In this document: positions 8,128 through 16,349 of the stretch, in pieces
Numbering within the stretch: the stretch's first letter is position 1
Layout of the letters: every line of letters starts with the position of its first letter
Virus record (IMG/VR): IMGVR_UViG_3300032249_000242
Span: 1 to 34,387 of that record
DNA length: 34,387 bases
Source: a virus
Lineage: Duplodnaviria > Caudoviricetes
Strand: one strand, 5' to 3'
The notes under the pieces: model-generated
Told to the model about the DNA's origin: nothing
Database searches by the model: none
Seen by the model: the letters and a program-made list of their open reading frames with translations, nothing else
Made by a program: the position numbers and the translations under genes

Positions 8128-8436
8128 ATGGCTGAACACAAGAAGCCACACGGCAAGAAGAAGGACCCACGCCTAGAGCGTGCAGGTGTGTCTGGCTATA
8201 ACAAGCCTAAGGCTACTCCGGGAGCTAAGAAGTCCCACGTTGTTGTCGCTAAAGAAGGCGACCAGATTAAGACTATCCGCTTCGGTGAGCAAGGTGCTGA
8301 GACCGCTGGTAAACCTAAAGCAGGCGAATCTGAGCGTATGAAGGCTAAGCGCAAGAGCTTTAAGGCTCGTCACGCTAAGAACATCGCTAAGGGAAAGATG
8401 TCTGCAGCATACTGGGCCGACAAGGTTAAGTGGTAA
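8128..8436 (+). CDS. small basic conserved viral protein
   Basis: AGGA at 8118-8121 favours the ATG at 8128. KSHVVVAK.G..IKTIRFGEQG...RKSFKARH.....SAAYWADKVKW is a motif I recall from phage and large-virus hypothetical proteins. Confidence 0.75.
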   Translation: MAEHKKPHGKKKDPRLERAGVSGYNKPKATPGAKKSHVVVAKEGDQIKTIRFGEQGAETAGKPKAGESERMKAKRKSFKARHAKNIAKGKMSAAYWADKVKW

Positions 8437-8438
8437 TA

Positions 8439-8672
8439 GTGGCTAGAGTGACTGCTGGTGGCTTAAAGCACAAAATCACCAAGAAAAAGGTTGACCGAGG
8501 TGCGGGGGATAAAGGCGACATTATTGTCCAACAAACTGGTAAAAATGGCAAAGCTCAAAGAATGAACCTAACCAATCTTGCAGGCTCAAAGACAGTAAAG
8601 CAGGGCGTCAAAGAGACAAAGGCGTACCACAAGAAGCACCCAGAGATTAGCAAAGAAGGTCGCAGAAAGTAA
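8439..8672 (+). CDS. small basic protein
   Basis: GTG 2 nt after the previous stop; K-rich; TAATG-coupled to the next gene. Confidence 0.65.
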   Translation: MARVTAGGLKHKITKKKVDRGAGDKGDIIVQQTGKNGKAQRMNLTNLAGSKTVKQGVKETKAYHKKHPEISKEGRRK

Positions 8673-8953
8673 TGGCTGAGAAAAAGAAGTTTGGACCATA
8701 CAAAGGCTCGAAAGAGAACGGTGGTAGACCTATTTACGTCTACAAGGAAAAGGTAGATGGTAAGTGGGTTACAACTTCTAAGAACAAGGCTCGTGCTGAC
8801 TACGAGTCTGAGAATGGCAAGATTAAGAGCAAGAAAAAGACTGTTGACCACAAGAATAACAACCACAGTGATGACCGTAAGGGTAACCTTCAACTGATGG
8901 ATAAAGGTAAGAATACCGCCAAAGAAAACAAACGTAGAGTAGGAAAGAAATAA
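8672..8953 (+). CDS. small basic HNH-motif protein
   Basis: VDHKNNNHSDDRKGNLQLMDKGKN matches an HNH/HNN beta-beta-alpha-metal pattern. Confidence 0.7.
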   Translation: MAEKKKFGPYKGSKENGGRPIYVYKEKVDGKWVTTSKNKARADYESENGKIKSKKKTVDHKNNNHSDDRKGNLQLMDKGKNTAKENKRRVGKK

Positions 8954-9159
8954 TGGCAACTAAAGATTACATGAAGGGCAAGTACACCGAGGCTAAGGAC
9001 AAGAAGAAGGATGCCGCTATGACTAAGGGCATGTCCGCTTCTCAAAAGAAGAAGTTTGAGGCCATGGATAAGAAGCACGCCAAGCCAAAGACTATGAAGG
9101 ACGATGCCGCTTCGGATAAGAAGATTATCAGCAAGATAAAGAGCGACAAGAAGAAGTAA
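8953..9159 (+). CDS. small Lys-rich protein (23 K in 68 aa)
   Basis: TAATG coupling at both ends. Confidence 0.7.
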   Translation: MATKDYMKGKYTEAKDKKKDAAMTKGMSASQKKKFEAMDKKHAKPKTMKDDAASDKKIISKIKSDKKK

Positions 9160-9296
9160 TGGCTAGACCAAGTAAAAAGGTAGAAGGTCTTGACCCTAAG
9201 AAGCCTTCTTACGAGAAACACCCAGAGATGAAGCGCAACCAGAAGCTGTCCGATAGAATGAAGAACTCTAAAGGCAAGATGAAGGGCAATAAGTAA
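9159..9296 (+). CDS. 45-aa basic protein, absent from the ORF track
   Basis: MARPSKKVEGLDPKKPSYEKHPEMKRNQKLSDRMKNSKGKMKGNK; TAATG coupling at both ends. Confidence 0.7.
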   Translation: MARPSKKVEGLDPKKPSYEKHPEMKRNQKLSDRMKNSKGKMKGNK

Positions 9297-9352
9297 TGTG
9301 CGGATGTCAAAACTGCGGTTGCGGTAAAAAGGATGATAAGCTACCTAACTAG
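9296..9352 (+). CDS. 18-aa Cys-rich micropeptide
   Basis: MCGCQNCGCGKKDDKLPN, starting in a TAATG overlap like its neighbours. Confidence 0.5.
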   Translation: MCGCQNCGCGKKDDKLPN

Positions 9353-9373
9353 TACCCCCGACAAGGAGCTAGC

Positions 9374-9757
9374 GTGGCTATAAGACACTCCCTCACCAAC
9401 ATCAATGAAGATGCCTTGGTGGGGGATTGCTCTGTTTGTGGCACTGCTGTTCGGATTAAGAAGTCTCATAATAAGCGTAAAGACGAGACAAAGACTTATT
9501 ACCGCTGTTATAGAAAGTACATCACCACTAAAACTCACATTGAACGCCCTTGGGTGGCCCACAAAAAAGACTACTGTGAGAGGTGCGGGTTCTTACCTGA
9601 GGACGACTGCCAGCTAACCGTTGACCATATTGATGGTAATAAATACAACAACGAGATTAACAACTGGATGACCATGTGCCACAACTGTCATGCGCTTAAA
9701 ACGTTGCGCAATAAAGACAACTCTAATAGGTATAGTTCACCCAGCCAAAACAGCTAA
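9374..9757 (+). CDS. HNH endonuclease with Zn-binding Cys motifs
   Basis: AAGGAG upstream of a GTG start. CSVC; CERCGF...LTVDHIDGNKYNN..NNWMTMCHNCHALKT. Confidence 0.85.
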   Translation: MAIRHSLTNINEDALVGDCSVCGTAVRIKKSHNKRKDETKTYYRCYRKYITTKTHIERPWVAHKKDYCERCGFLPEDDCQLTVDHIDGNKYNNEINNWMTMCHNCHALKTLRNKDNSNRYSSPSQNS

Positions 9758-9761
9758 TTTT

Positions 9762-9833
9762 CCCTATCCTAATAGGGCAGGTATCCGTGCGGAGCCTGCC
9801 TAGCTTTGCGGCTAGACCTGCGCCTGAAAAGGA
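9762..9833 (+). promoter_or_regulatory. putative structured leader with alternative helices
   Basis: CCCTAT/ATAGGG (9762-67/9772-77), GGCAGG/CCTGCC (9776-81/9795-9800), GCAGGT/ACCTGC (9777-82/9816-21), CTAGC/GCTAG (9800-04/9811-15), followed by an AAGGA RBS. Confidence 0.4.
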
Positions 9834-9840
9834 TTCTGCT

Positions 9841-10050
9841 ATGCGTGACTTTAAGCCTTGGTGGGAAAAAGTTGCGGACTATAACGACCCTGACCAACAG
9901 GAGTTCCTGCGTGGAGCTTACCAAGGAATGGTTACCTACCGTCCGCCACAACCCAGTGCCTACCTTATTGGGCTAAGTGCAGGTTATAACAACCGCAAGT
10001 TCGCAAACCCAGACTCGTGGACAGGCCGCCCGAATGACAATCTCATTTGA
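9841..10050 (+). CDS. hypothetical protein
   Basis: ATG at 9841 preceded by AAGGA (9829-9833); preferred over the GTG at 9787. Confidence 0.6.
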   Translation: MRDFKPWWEKVADYNDPDQQEFLRGAYQGMVTYRPPQPSAYLIGLSAGYNNRKFANPDSWTGRPNDNLI

Positions 10051-10348
10051 AAATAGACTGCACAATGCGTCTAGAAAAGCCGCACAAGCTCTAACTAGAG
10101 ACCTCCGTGATTACCTAGTTTCTTTGGGCTGGCCGCCACAGGCGGCTTCAGCTGTGTCAATCGACTACGAAATGAATGACTTTAAAGTCGACATTTCTGG
10201 TCAGTACGCCGATGACGCCAACCGTTTTGAATATGGCAACGAAGCTATTCGTCCAACTGCGGCTATTAGAAAATTCTTTAATAGAGGCGAAAACATCCAC
10301 GATAGATACTTTTCTTTAGTTGAGAAAGAGTTGGGTGAGCTCGTATGA
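10034..10348 (+). CDS. putative neck/tail-completion protein (HK97 gp10-like)
   Basis: FEYGNEAIRP motif and position before the terminator and sheath genes; ATG at 10034. Confidence 0.55.
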   Translation: MTISFENRLHNASRKAAQALTRDLRDYLVSLGWPPQAASAVSIDYEMNDFKVDISGQYADDANRFEYGNEAIRPTAAIRKFFNRGENIHDRYFSLVEKELGELV

Positions 10349-10992
10349 CTTTCTTACTTTCTGAAGATGGCGCTCTTCGCAATCTGCTTAGAGGCATCGA
10401 TGTTACTGACCAAAAGTCAGCTCAAGAAAGCACTACCCGTGAGGTAGGTGTTTGGTTTGGTGTTCCTGACCAAGAGATTCGTTCTCAGTCTTACCCCTAT
10501 ATTACAATTGATATGATTGACATTGTTAGGGATACACAACGAGAGCACCGCGGCTTAGTTTCTGCAAATTACCTTAAGCCCAGTAACTGGGGCAACAATG
10601 TCGGCTTTCAGACTGAGCTCCCTATTCCTGTGAACATTGACTATCAAATCACTACTTACTCGCGTCACCCTAGACATGACCGAGAGATTATTTCTCAGCT
10701 TCTTCAAACTAAATTACCCATTAGATTTGGCGTCTTAGAAACAGACGACAATACGGTACGTCGCCTTGATGTGCTGGACGTAACAAAACGAGACAGTGTA
10801 GAAGGTGGTAAGCGTCTCTTTATGAACGCTATCACCGTCCGAGTATCGAGCGAGATTTCTCAGCCGCTGTACAACCGTGCTCTATACCGAGTCACCAGCG
10901 TACACATGGACGAGCTTAACTCTGACGATGCAGGTCCACGTCCCGGTTCCGCCTACTATGACTCTATTGAACCGTTCACAATAACAGAATAA
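10345..10992 (+). CDS. putative tail terminator / sheath-capping protein
   Basis: Immediately upstream of the sheath. YPYITIDMIDI and PIPVNIDYQITTYSR resemble Pvc16/DUF4255-type caps. Confidence 0.65.
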   Translation: MTFLLSEDGALRNLLRGIDVTDQKSAQESTTREVGVWFGVPDQEIRSQSYPYITIDMIDIVRDTQREHRGLVSANYLKPSNWGNNVGFQTELPIPVNIDYQITTYSRHPRHDREIISQLLQTKLPIRFGVLETDDNTVRRLDVLDVTKRDSVEGGKRLFMNAITVRVSSEISQPLYNRALYRVTSVHMDELNSDDAGPRPGSAYYDSIEPFTITE

Positions 10993-11031
10993 TTTGTTCC
11001 CCCTGATTACCCACTTATTTAAGGAGAAAAA

Positions 11032-12531
11032 ATGACGTATAGTCGTCCGGGCGTCTACATCACTGAGCGCCTACTTCCTGCTCCGATTGCGTCCACCGCT
11101 ACTGCAGATGCTGCTGGTGCTGTGTTGGCTCAATTCGCGCAGGGCCCAGAAACCCCTACTCTAGTTACCTCTTGGTATGAGTTTGTAAACCAATTTGGTG
11201 GATACGAGTCTGCGTACCCAGCAACCTTTTCGGTGGCTTCGTACTTCCAGAATGGTGGAGGCGAGCTAATTGTTAAGCGTGTTTTGCCAAGCGATGCTGA
11301 TGCTGCGTCTGTGGTAATTCCTACTGCTGTTGGTTCTACCACCATCACCACTGTCACCTCGTTGAGCCGAGGTAGCGACTCAAACAACCTTCGAGTACAG
11401 GTGTCTGCTGCTGCTCAGTCTGGTTACTACAACCTAATTGTTTACAAGGAGCGCGTGGCAGGTACTGCAAGCAACGTAGCTAACGACGAAATCTTAGAGC
11501 GTTTTCTGAATATTAACTTCAGCACTCCTAGCTCACCTGACTTCATCGACAGTGTTGTAAACACTAGCTCAAAGGTCATTAAGACTGTCACTACTTCAAA
11601 CAGCGGCGCTCCTTCTACGGCTGTACTGCCTTTGACTGGCGCTGATAACGGAACTGCACCAGCTGCTTCTGCCTATGTTGCAGCTGTTGCCGACTTTAGT
11701 CAGCTAAACAGACCTCTAGTTCTATTTGCGCCAGATGCAATCCCACTTCTAGGTGCCGTTAACGGTGCGACCGCTATTAATGGAGCAATTGCTTGGGCAG
11801 AGAGCAACTCTAGCTTTGTAGTTGCTGATACCAACCCAGACCAGACTGTGGCACAAGCGATTTCTTTTGCAACTTCGTTGACCGATAGTGCTAACGTCGC
11901 TGTGTACTACCCAAACATCTACGTCGGAGACCCACTAGGACGCAGCCCTCAAGCGTTGCGTAAGATTGGTCCAGCGGGAGCTGTTGCTGGATTGTACATC
12001 GATACCGACAAGCAGTACGGTCCGTTCAAGGCTCCTGCTGGTATCCGTGCAAGCATTCGTGGTGCAGTTGCTCTTGAAAAGGCGTTTACCTCTGCAGAGC
12101 TAGATACTCTAAACACTGGTGTAAGCCCTGTTAACGCACTTCGCAACCTTCCGGGTGCAGGTGTGGTGGCTATGGGTGCACGTACCCTCCTTCAAGACGG
12201 CACTGCTAACAAGTATGTAAACATGCGCCGTAGCTTGAACTACATCCGTAAGCAGCTAGAGGGCCTAACGGAGTTTGCACTGTTCGAGAACAATGACGAG
12301 GCTCTATGGGCACGTCTTCGCTCTTCAATTGCTGTCTTCTTGGGTGACTACAGAAACGCTGGCGGTCTTCGTGGTGCAAACGAAGCCGACGCTTTCTTTA
12401 TCAAGGTTGACTCGGAGAACAACCCACAGTCCACTATTGAGCAGGGTGAAGTTCACATCGAAGTTGGTGTGGCTTTGCAGTACCCAGCTGAGTTTGTGGT
12501 CATTAACCTAAGCCAAAAGACTGCTGCCTAA
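11032..12531 (+). CDS. contractile tail sheath protein
   Basis: RPGVYITE, QGP..PTLVTSW.EF...FGG, FKAPAG, GARTL, YVNMRR, FENND..LW, PAEFVVI; AAGGAG RBS. Confidence 0.95.
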   Translation: MTYSRPGVYITERLLPAPIASTATADAAGAVLAQFAQGPETPTLVTSWYEFVNQFGGYESAYPATFSVASYFQNGGGELIVKRVLPSDADAASVVIPTAVGSTTITTVTSLSRGSDSNNLRVQVSAAAQSGYYNLIVYKERVAGTASNVANDEILERFLNINFSTPSSPDFIDSVVNTSSKVIKTVTTSNSGAPSTAVLPLTGADNGTAPAASAYVAAVADFSQLNRPLVLFAPDAIPLLGAVNGATAINGAIAWAESNSSFVVADTNPDQTVAQAISFATSLTDSANVAVYYPNIYVGDPLGRSPQALRKIGPAGAVAGLYIDTDKQYGPFKAPAGIRASIRGAVALEKAFTSAELDTLNTGVSPVNALRNLPGAGVVAMGARTLLQDGTANKYVNMRRSLNYIRKQLEGLTEFALFENNDEALWARLRSSIAVFLGDYRNAGGLRGANEADAFFIKVDSENNPQSTIEQGEVHIEVGVALQYPAEFVVINLSQKTAA

Positions 12532-12548
12532 CCGAAGGAAGATAAACA

Positions 12549-13151
12549 ATGCCAACAGTAATTAACAACAGGTCAAGTCTTACGACTGACCCAATCAGAA
12601 ATTTTAGATTTCTGGTTGATTTTATTCCTCACGACACCAAGGCCACTTGGAAGGACCCAATCACCATGGGCTTCACTTCCGTGTCCGGCTTGTCTGTGAC
12701 TACCGACTCTATCCCTTACCGTGAGGGTGGTTACAACACCACTGTTCACCAGATTCCGGGACAGACTACCTTCTCCCCTATCACCCTACAGCGTGGAGTT
12801 ATTCTAAACACCAAGCAGAACTGGGAGTGGATGCGTCAGCTATTCGCTACCGTTCAGGGTGGTTCAAAGAATGTACAAGGCGCAAGCTTCCGTGCCGACC
12901 TAGATATTCGTGTGCTATCGCACCCGATTCCGGGGTCTGCCGGTGGCACTAACGCAGGTGTAGGCGTAGCAGGTGACGACCACGTTGCAATGCGCTTTAA
13001 GGTCTACAACGCATGGATTACTTCCGTAGCGTACTCTGACCTTAACGCAGGTGACAACGCAATCTTCGTTGAGCAGGCAACTCTTGTTCACGAAGGCTTT
13101 GACGTCAACTGGGCTACTAACCTAACCACCTCAGCAGCACCTTTTAACTAA
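12549..13151 (+). CDS. tail tube protein (T4 gp19-like)
   Basis: DPIRNFRFLV, GFTSVSGL, YREGG, PGQTTFSPITLQRGV, FKVYNAW, LVHEG. Confidence 0.93.
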   Translation: MPTVINNRSSLTTDPIRNFRFLVDFIPHDTKATWKDPITMGFTSVSGLSVTTDSIPYREGGYNTTVHQIPGQTTFSPITLQRGVILNTKQNWEWMRQLFATVQGGSKNVQGASFRADLDIRVLSHPIPGSAGGTNAGVGVAGDDHVAMRFKVYNAWITSVAYSDLNAGDNAIFVEQATLVHEGFDVNWATNLTTSAAPFN

Positions 13152-13175
13152 ATATTAAACACAGGAGTATAAAAC

Positions 13176-13991
13176 GTGGCAACAAATTCTCTAAATGCAG
13201 CAGAAAACCCAGCACTAGCTAATCAACTAGTTCAAAAGATGTCGCAGGAAACTGCGCCAGAAAAAGAACTCGCATTGGTTACTCCTCCTTCTGAAACCGC
13301 AGTGACTCTCCCCGGTGGATTCCTAACTCCACTCGGGGAGGTTACTCGGGAAGCAGAAGTTCGGGAACTTAACGGACGAGATGAAGAGGCTATCTCTAAA
13401 GCAAACACTCTAGGTAAAGTACTACATACTATTTTATCTCGTGGCGTGGTGAGCATTGGTGACCAGCCTGCTTCTGAGGACATCCTTGACCAGATGTTTG
13501 CAGGAGACCGAGATGCCCTACTACTGGGCATCTATAAGGCCACCTTTGGTTCAACGGCTGACCTCACTGCATTTTGTTCTGGATGTAAGGACTACAAGAC
13601 CCTTCAAATCGACATTGATGATGACATCAAAGTCAAGAAGCTTACTGACCCGATTAGTGACCGCAGGTTTACTGTAACGACTAAAAAGCATGATTACACG
13701 GTAGTTCTGCCTTCAGGAAAAGTTCAAAAGGAACTGACTATGAATGCAGACAAGACTATTTCAGAATTAACGACCGTTCTTTTAGAAGGAACTGTTATTG
13801 AAATTGATGGAAGCGGAGTAATCAGCCGCAATCAGATTCAAAACATCGGAGTAGCGGACCGTAGAGAAATTGCAAAGGCTCTAGATAAAAGAGCATTTGG
13901 CCCAGTATTAGATGAGGTTAAGGCTGCCTGCCCAGAATGCAGCGGAGAGGTGGTCGCTCCGGTTAACATCGGGACTTTGTTTCGATTCTAG
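13176..13991 (+). CDS. tail assembly chaperone / T4 gp26-like baseplate hub assembly protein
   Basis: Between tube and tape measure. VRELNGRDEE, GDRDALLLGI, two CxxC motifs; AGGAG RBS with a GTG start. Confidence 0.75.
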   Translation: MATNSLNAAENPALANQLVQKMSQETAPEKELALVTPPSETAVTLPGGFLTPLGEVTREAEVRELNGRDEEAISKANTLGKVLHTILSRGVVSIGDQPASEDILDQMFAGDRDALLLGIYKATFGSTADLTAFCSGCKDYKTLQIDIDDDIKVKKLTDPISDRRFTVTTKKHDYTVVLPSGKVQKELTMNADKTISELTTVLLEGTVIEIDGSGVISRNQIQNIGVADRREIAKALDKRAFGPVLDEVKAACPECSGEVVAPVNIGTLFRF

Positions 13992-14145
13992 CCGAGTTGA
14001 CTACACATGGTTACTTCGAGAATGGTCGTTTATTGGAGACGTCCATCCGGGGTGGACCTTAGACGAGCTCAAGGAAATGACTCCAAGAGAACGAAAGAAT
14101 TGGATTGAATTGGCTAAAGAGCAAGGCAAGGTTGTGAGGACATAA
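13981..14145 (+). CDS. second tail-chaperone ORF, probably reached by a +1 frameshift
   Basis: GWTLDELKEMTPRERKNW motif typical of the post-chaperone ORF. No convincing own start near the upstream stop; TTT CGA at 13980-13985. Confidence 0.6.
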   Translation, partial: FDSSRVDYTWLLREWSFIGDVHPGWTLDELKEMTPRERKNWIELAKEQGKVVRT

Positions 14146-16349
14146 TGGCTTTTAATGAATCCCTCGCAAGTGGCGTAAATAAACTTGAGTCACAAGTACT
14201 CAAGCTCATCAAAATGGTGGGTACTGTCAAGGGTGGCGTTGGTACTGCTGTTGGCTCAGGTACTGGTGGTAATTTTCTTCAAGGTTCTTTAGCTAACGTA
14301 GCCACTGCTGCAACGAACGCTGGGGTGACTTCTGGCGACGTTTCTGGAGTAGCGGGTGGCTTTGGGAAGGTTGCTTCTGGCATTGGGCAGTACTATCAGG
14401 GCATGGGGCAAGTCATGCCTGATGTTCAAGCCACGGTTCAACGAGCAGGAACGTTCTATAACGCAACTATTCGTGCCGGAGTAGGCATGACTCGTGGGCA
14501 AATGCAACAAGCTACTCTTCAAGGTTTGCGTGGCGGGCTTACCTCCCCGGGTTCCGATGCTAATGTCGCAAATTACCTTGCTAATCGAGGAATGGCGGCC
14601 AATACTTCGTATAACAGCACCTACCAACAAACAATCAGAGGTGTAGGCAGCGCTGCGAAGTACTTGAACATGGGTAACGAGCAGGCCACTGCTGCTATTG
14701 AAGGCCTCACTTCTGGACAAGGGTCGGGCAACTTTTTGAATCGGTACGGCGTCCTGACTTCGGATATGGCGACTGGTAAAGAAAAAACTCAAGGCCAAAT
14801 ATTTAATGAGGTTGCAAACAAGCTTAGTATGGGGAATGCTACTGAAGAAGAAGTTCTTGACTCGCTTCGTAGAGGTAACCTTGGAGTAGAACTTGCTAAC
14901 AGCGGAATGACCGCAGACCAGCAGGCTATGTTTTCTCAGTTTATGATTGAACGTGCTCGGGGTAACAACATGGACTTGTCTGACCCTGAAGCTATGGCGA
15001 AGATGATGGATAAAGCCAAGGAAGAGGGTAATGAAAACCCTTTTCTTCCGGGCTATGACCTTAACACTGCCAAGACTGACGCTATGGGTGGAGCTGAAGG
15101 CCAGTACATTGCAGGAATTAAAGCAGCTACTAAGGCCCTAGAAGGACTAGCAAAAGCTGGTGGGGCAGCAGCCTCACTATACGGCGCACCTTTCGCAGCT
15201 GGAAGCATGTTCTCCTCTGACGCTCTCGGTCAAGGAGCCATGAACATGATTGGTGGAATTGGTAACGTAATTTCCGGCGTAGGGCAGGCTGCACTTTCAC
15301 TAATAGGTCTTGGTGGAGACAACACTGTGGGCAATGCCTCTGCAAGTGGCGGTCGCAAGGGCGCTCCTGTAGGAGGCGACTCAGCCACATCGTCTAACGC
15401 AAGTGCTGGCGGGGACTCTTCTTCTCAAGGAGCATTTAAACTAGTCCATCCTGTAAACCCTGCAAAGATTACCGCAAGATTTGGTCAGAAGACAAGCTCG
15501 TACACTCCGGGAAAGATTGTTTGGCCTAATGGCCACAAGGGTGTGGATTACGAAGCAAAAGCTGGGCAAACTGTCTACGCTGCTGCGGGAGGAACCGTGC
15601 TCTCGACAAGTGGCGGCGGAGAACTAGGAAACTATGCTCTGATTGACCACGGCAATGGCTACTTTACTTTTTACTGTCACTTAACTTCTGTAACAGCGTC
15701 TGGCACTGTTAAGACAGGACAACCAGTAGGAACAGCAGGAAATACTGGTACCAAGTCGTCTGGTGTGCACCTTCACTTTGCGTTATCCAAGAGCCGTAGC
15801 ACTGCAGACGCGATTGACCCAGAGCCATTTCTTTCTGGAGCCGCGTCTTCTGTGCCAGCGTCAAACCCTGACCAATCGTCTTCTGGCTCAGGAGATGTCT
15901 CTGGTTCCTCAAGCTCTTCTTCGTCTTCAGTAGAGTCCTCCTCTGCAGGGGCTTCCAGTAGCGGGGCTCCTCTTTTAACCACAGGTGTAAGTGGCTACTC
16001 GGCGGCACCAAGTGCCTCTGGTGCTTCTTCTGTAGAAGGTGTTGCTCCTTGGACGGGGGGCAGTGCTGCTAGCGGAGCTACAAGCGCAACTAGTACCGCA
16101 GGAACTGCCGGAGCTGGAGAAGGTGGTGACGGCTATACAGGAGGTAACTCTGACGGCTACTTATCCGCAACTGGAGGGTCTAATGCTGCTACGTTATCTC
16201 AGCGGAAAGCTCGTGGGGGCAACACAAACAATGTAACTATTAATTTGACTGTTGCCAGTGCCAGCGATGATGAAGCTAGAAGATTTGCAGTAATGGTAAA
16301 ACGAACTCTCGAAGAGGAGTCAATGATGATGAAGATGGCGAGGGCCTAA
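14145..16349 (+). CDS. tape measure protein with M23 peptidase domain and Ser/Gly-rich linker
   Basis: Position after the chaperones; Ala/Gly-rich helical N-terminus. M23 motifs HKGVD (15534-15548), GNTG, HLH (15768-15776), AIDP. Confidence 0.85.
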   Translation: MAFNESLASGVNKLESQVLKLIKMVGTVKGGVGTAVGSGTGGNFLQGSLANVATAATNAGVTSGDVSGVAGGFGKVASGIGQYYQGMGQVMPDVQATVQRAGTFYNATIRAGVGMTRGQMQQATLQGLRGGLTSPGSDANVANYLANRGMAANTSYNSTYQQTIRGVGSAAKYLNMGNEQATAAIEGLTSGQGSGNFLNRYGVLTSDMATGKEKTQGQIFNEVANKLSMGNATEEEVLDSLRRGNLGVELANSGMTADQQAMFSQFMIERARGNNMDLSDPEAMAKMMDKAKEEGNENPFLPGYDLNTAKTDAMGGAEGQYIAGIKAATKALEGLAKAGGAAASLYGAPFAAGSMFSSDALGQGAMNMIGGIGNVISGVGQAALSLIGLGGDNTVGNASASGGRKGAPVGGDSATSSNASAGGDSSSQGAFKLVHPVNPAKITARFGQKTSSYTPGKIVWPNGHKGVDYEAKAGQTVYAAAGGTVLSTSGGGELGNYALIDHGNGYFTFYCHLTSVTASGTVKTGQPVGTAGNTGTKSSGVHLHFALSKSRSTADAIDPEPFLSGAASSVPASNPDQSSSGSGDVSGSSSSSSSSVESSSAGASSSGAPLLTTGVSGYSAAPSASGASSVEGVAPWTGGSAASGATSATSTAGTAGAGEGGDGYTGGNSDGYLSATGGSNAATLSQRKARGGNTNNVTINLTVASASDDEARRFAVMVKRTLEEESMMMKMARA

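Noticed and set aside
15840-16200. Ser/Gly-rich stretch as a tandem DNA repeat or mobile insertion
   Set aside because: Codons vary and there is no repeat unit; it is a low-complexity protein linker.
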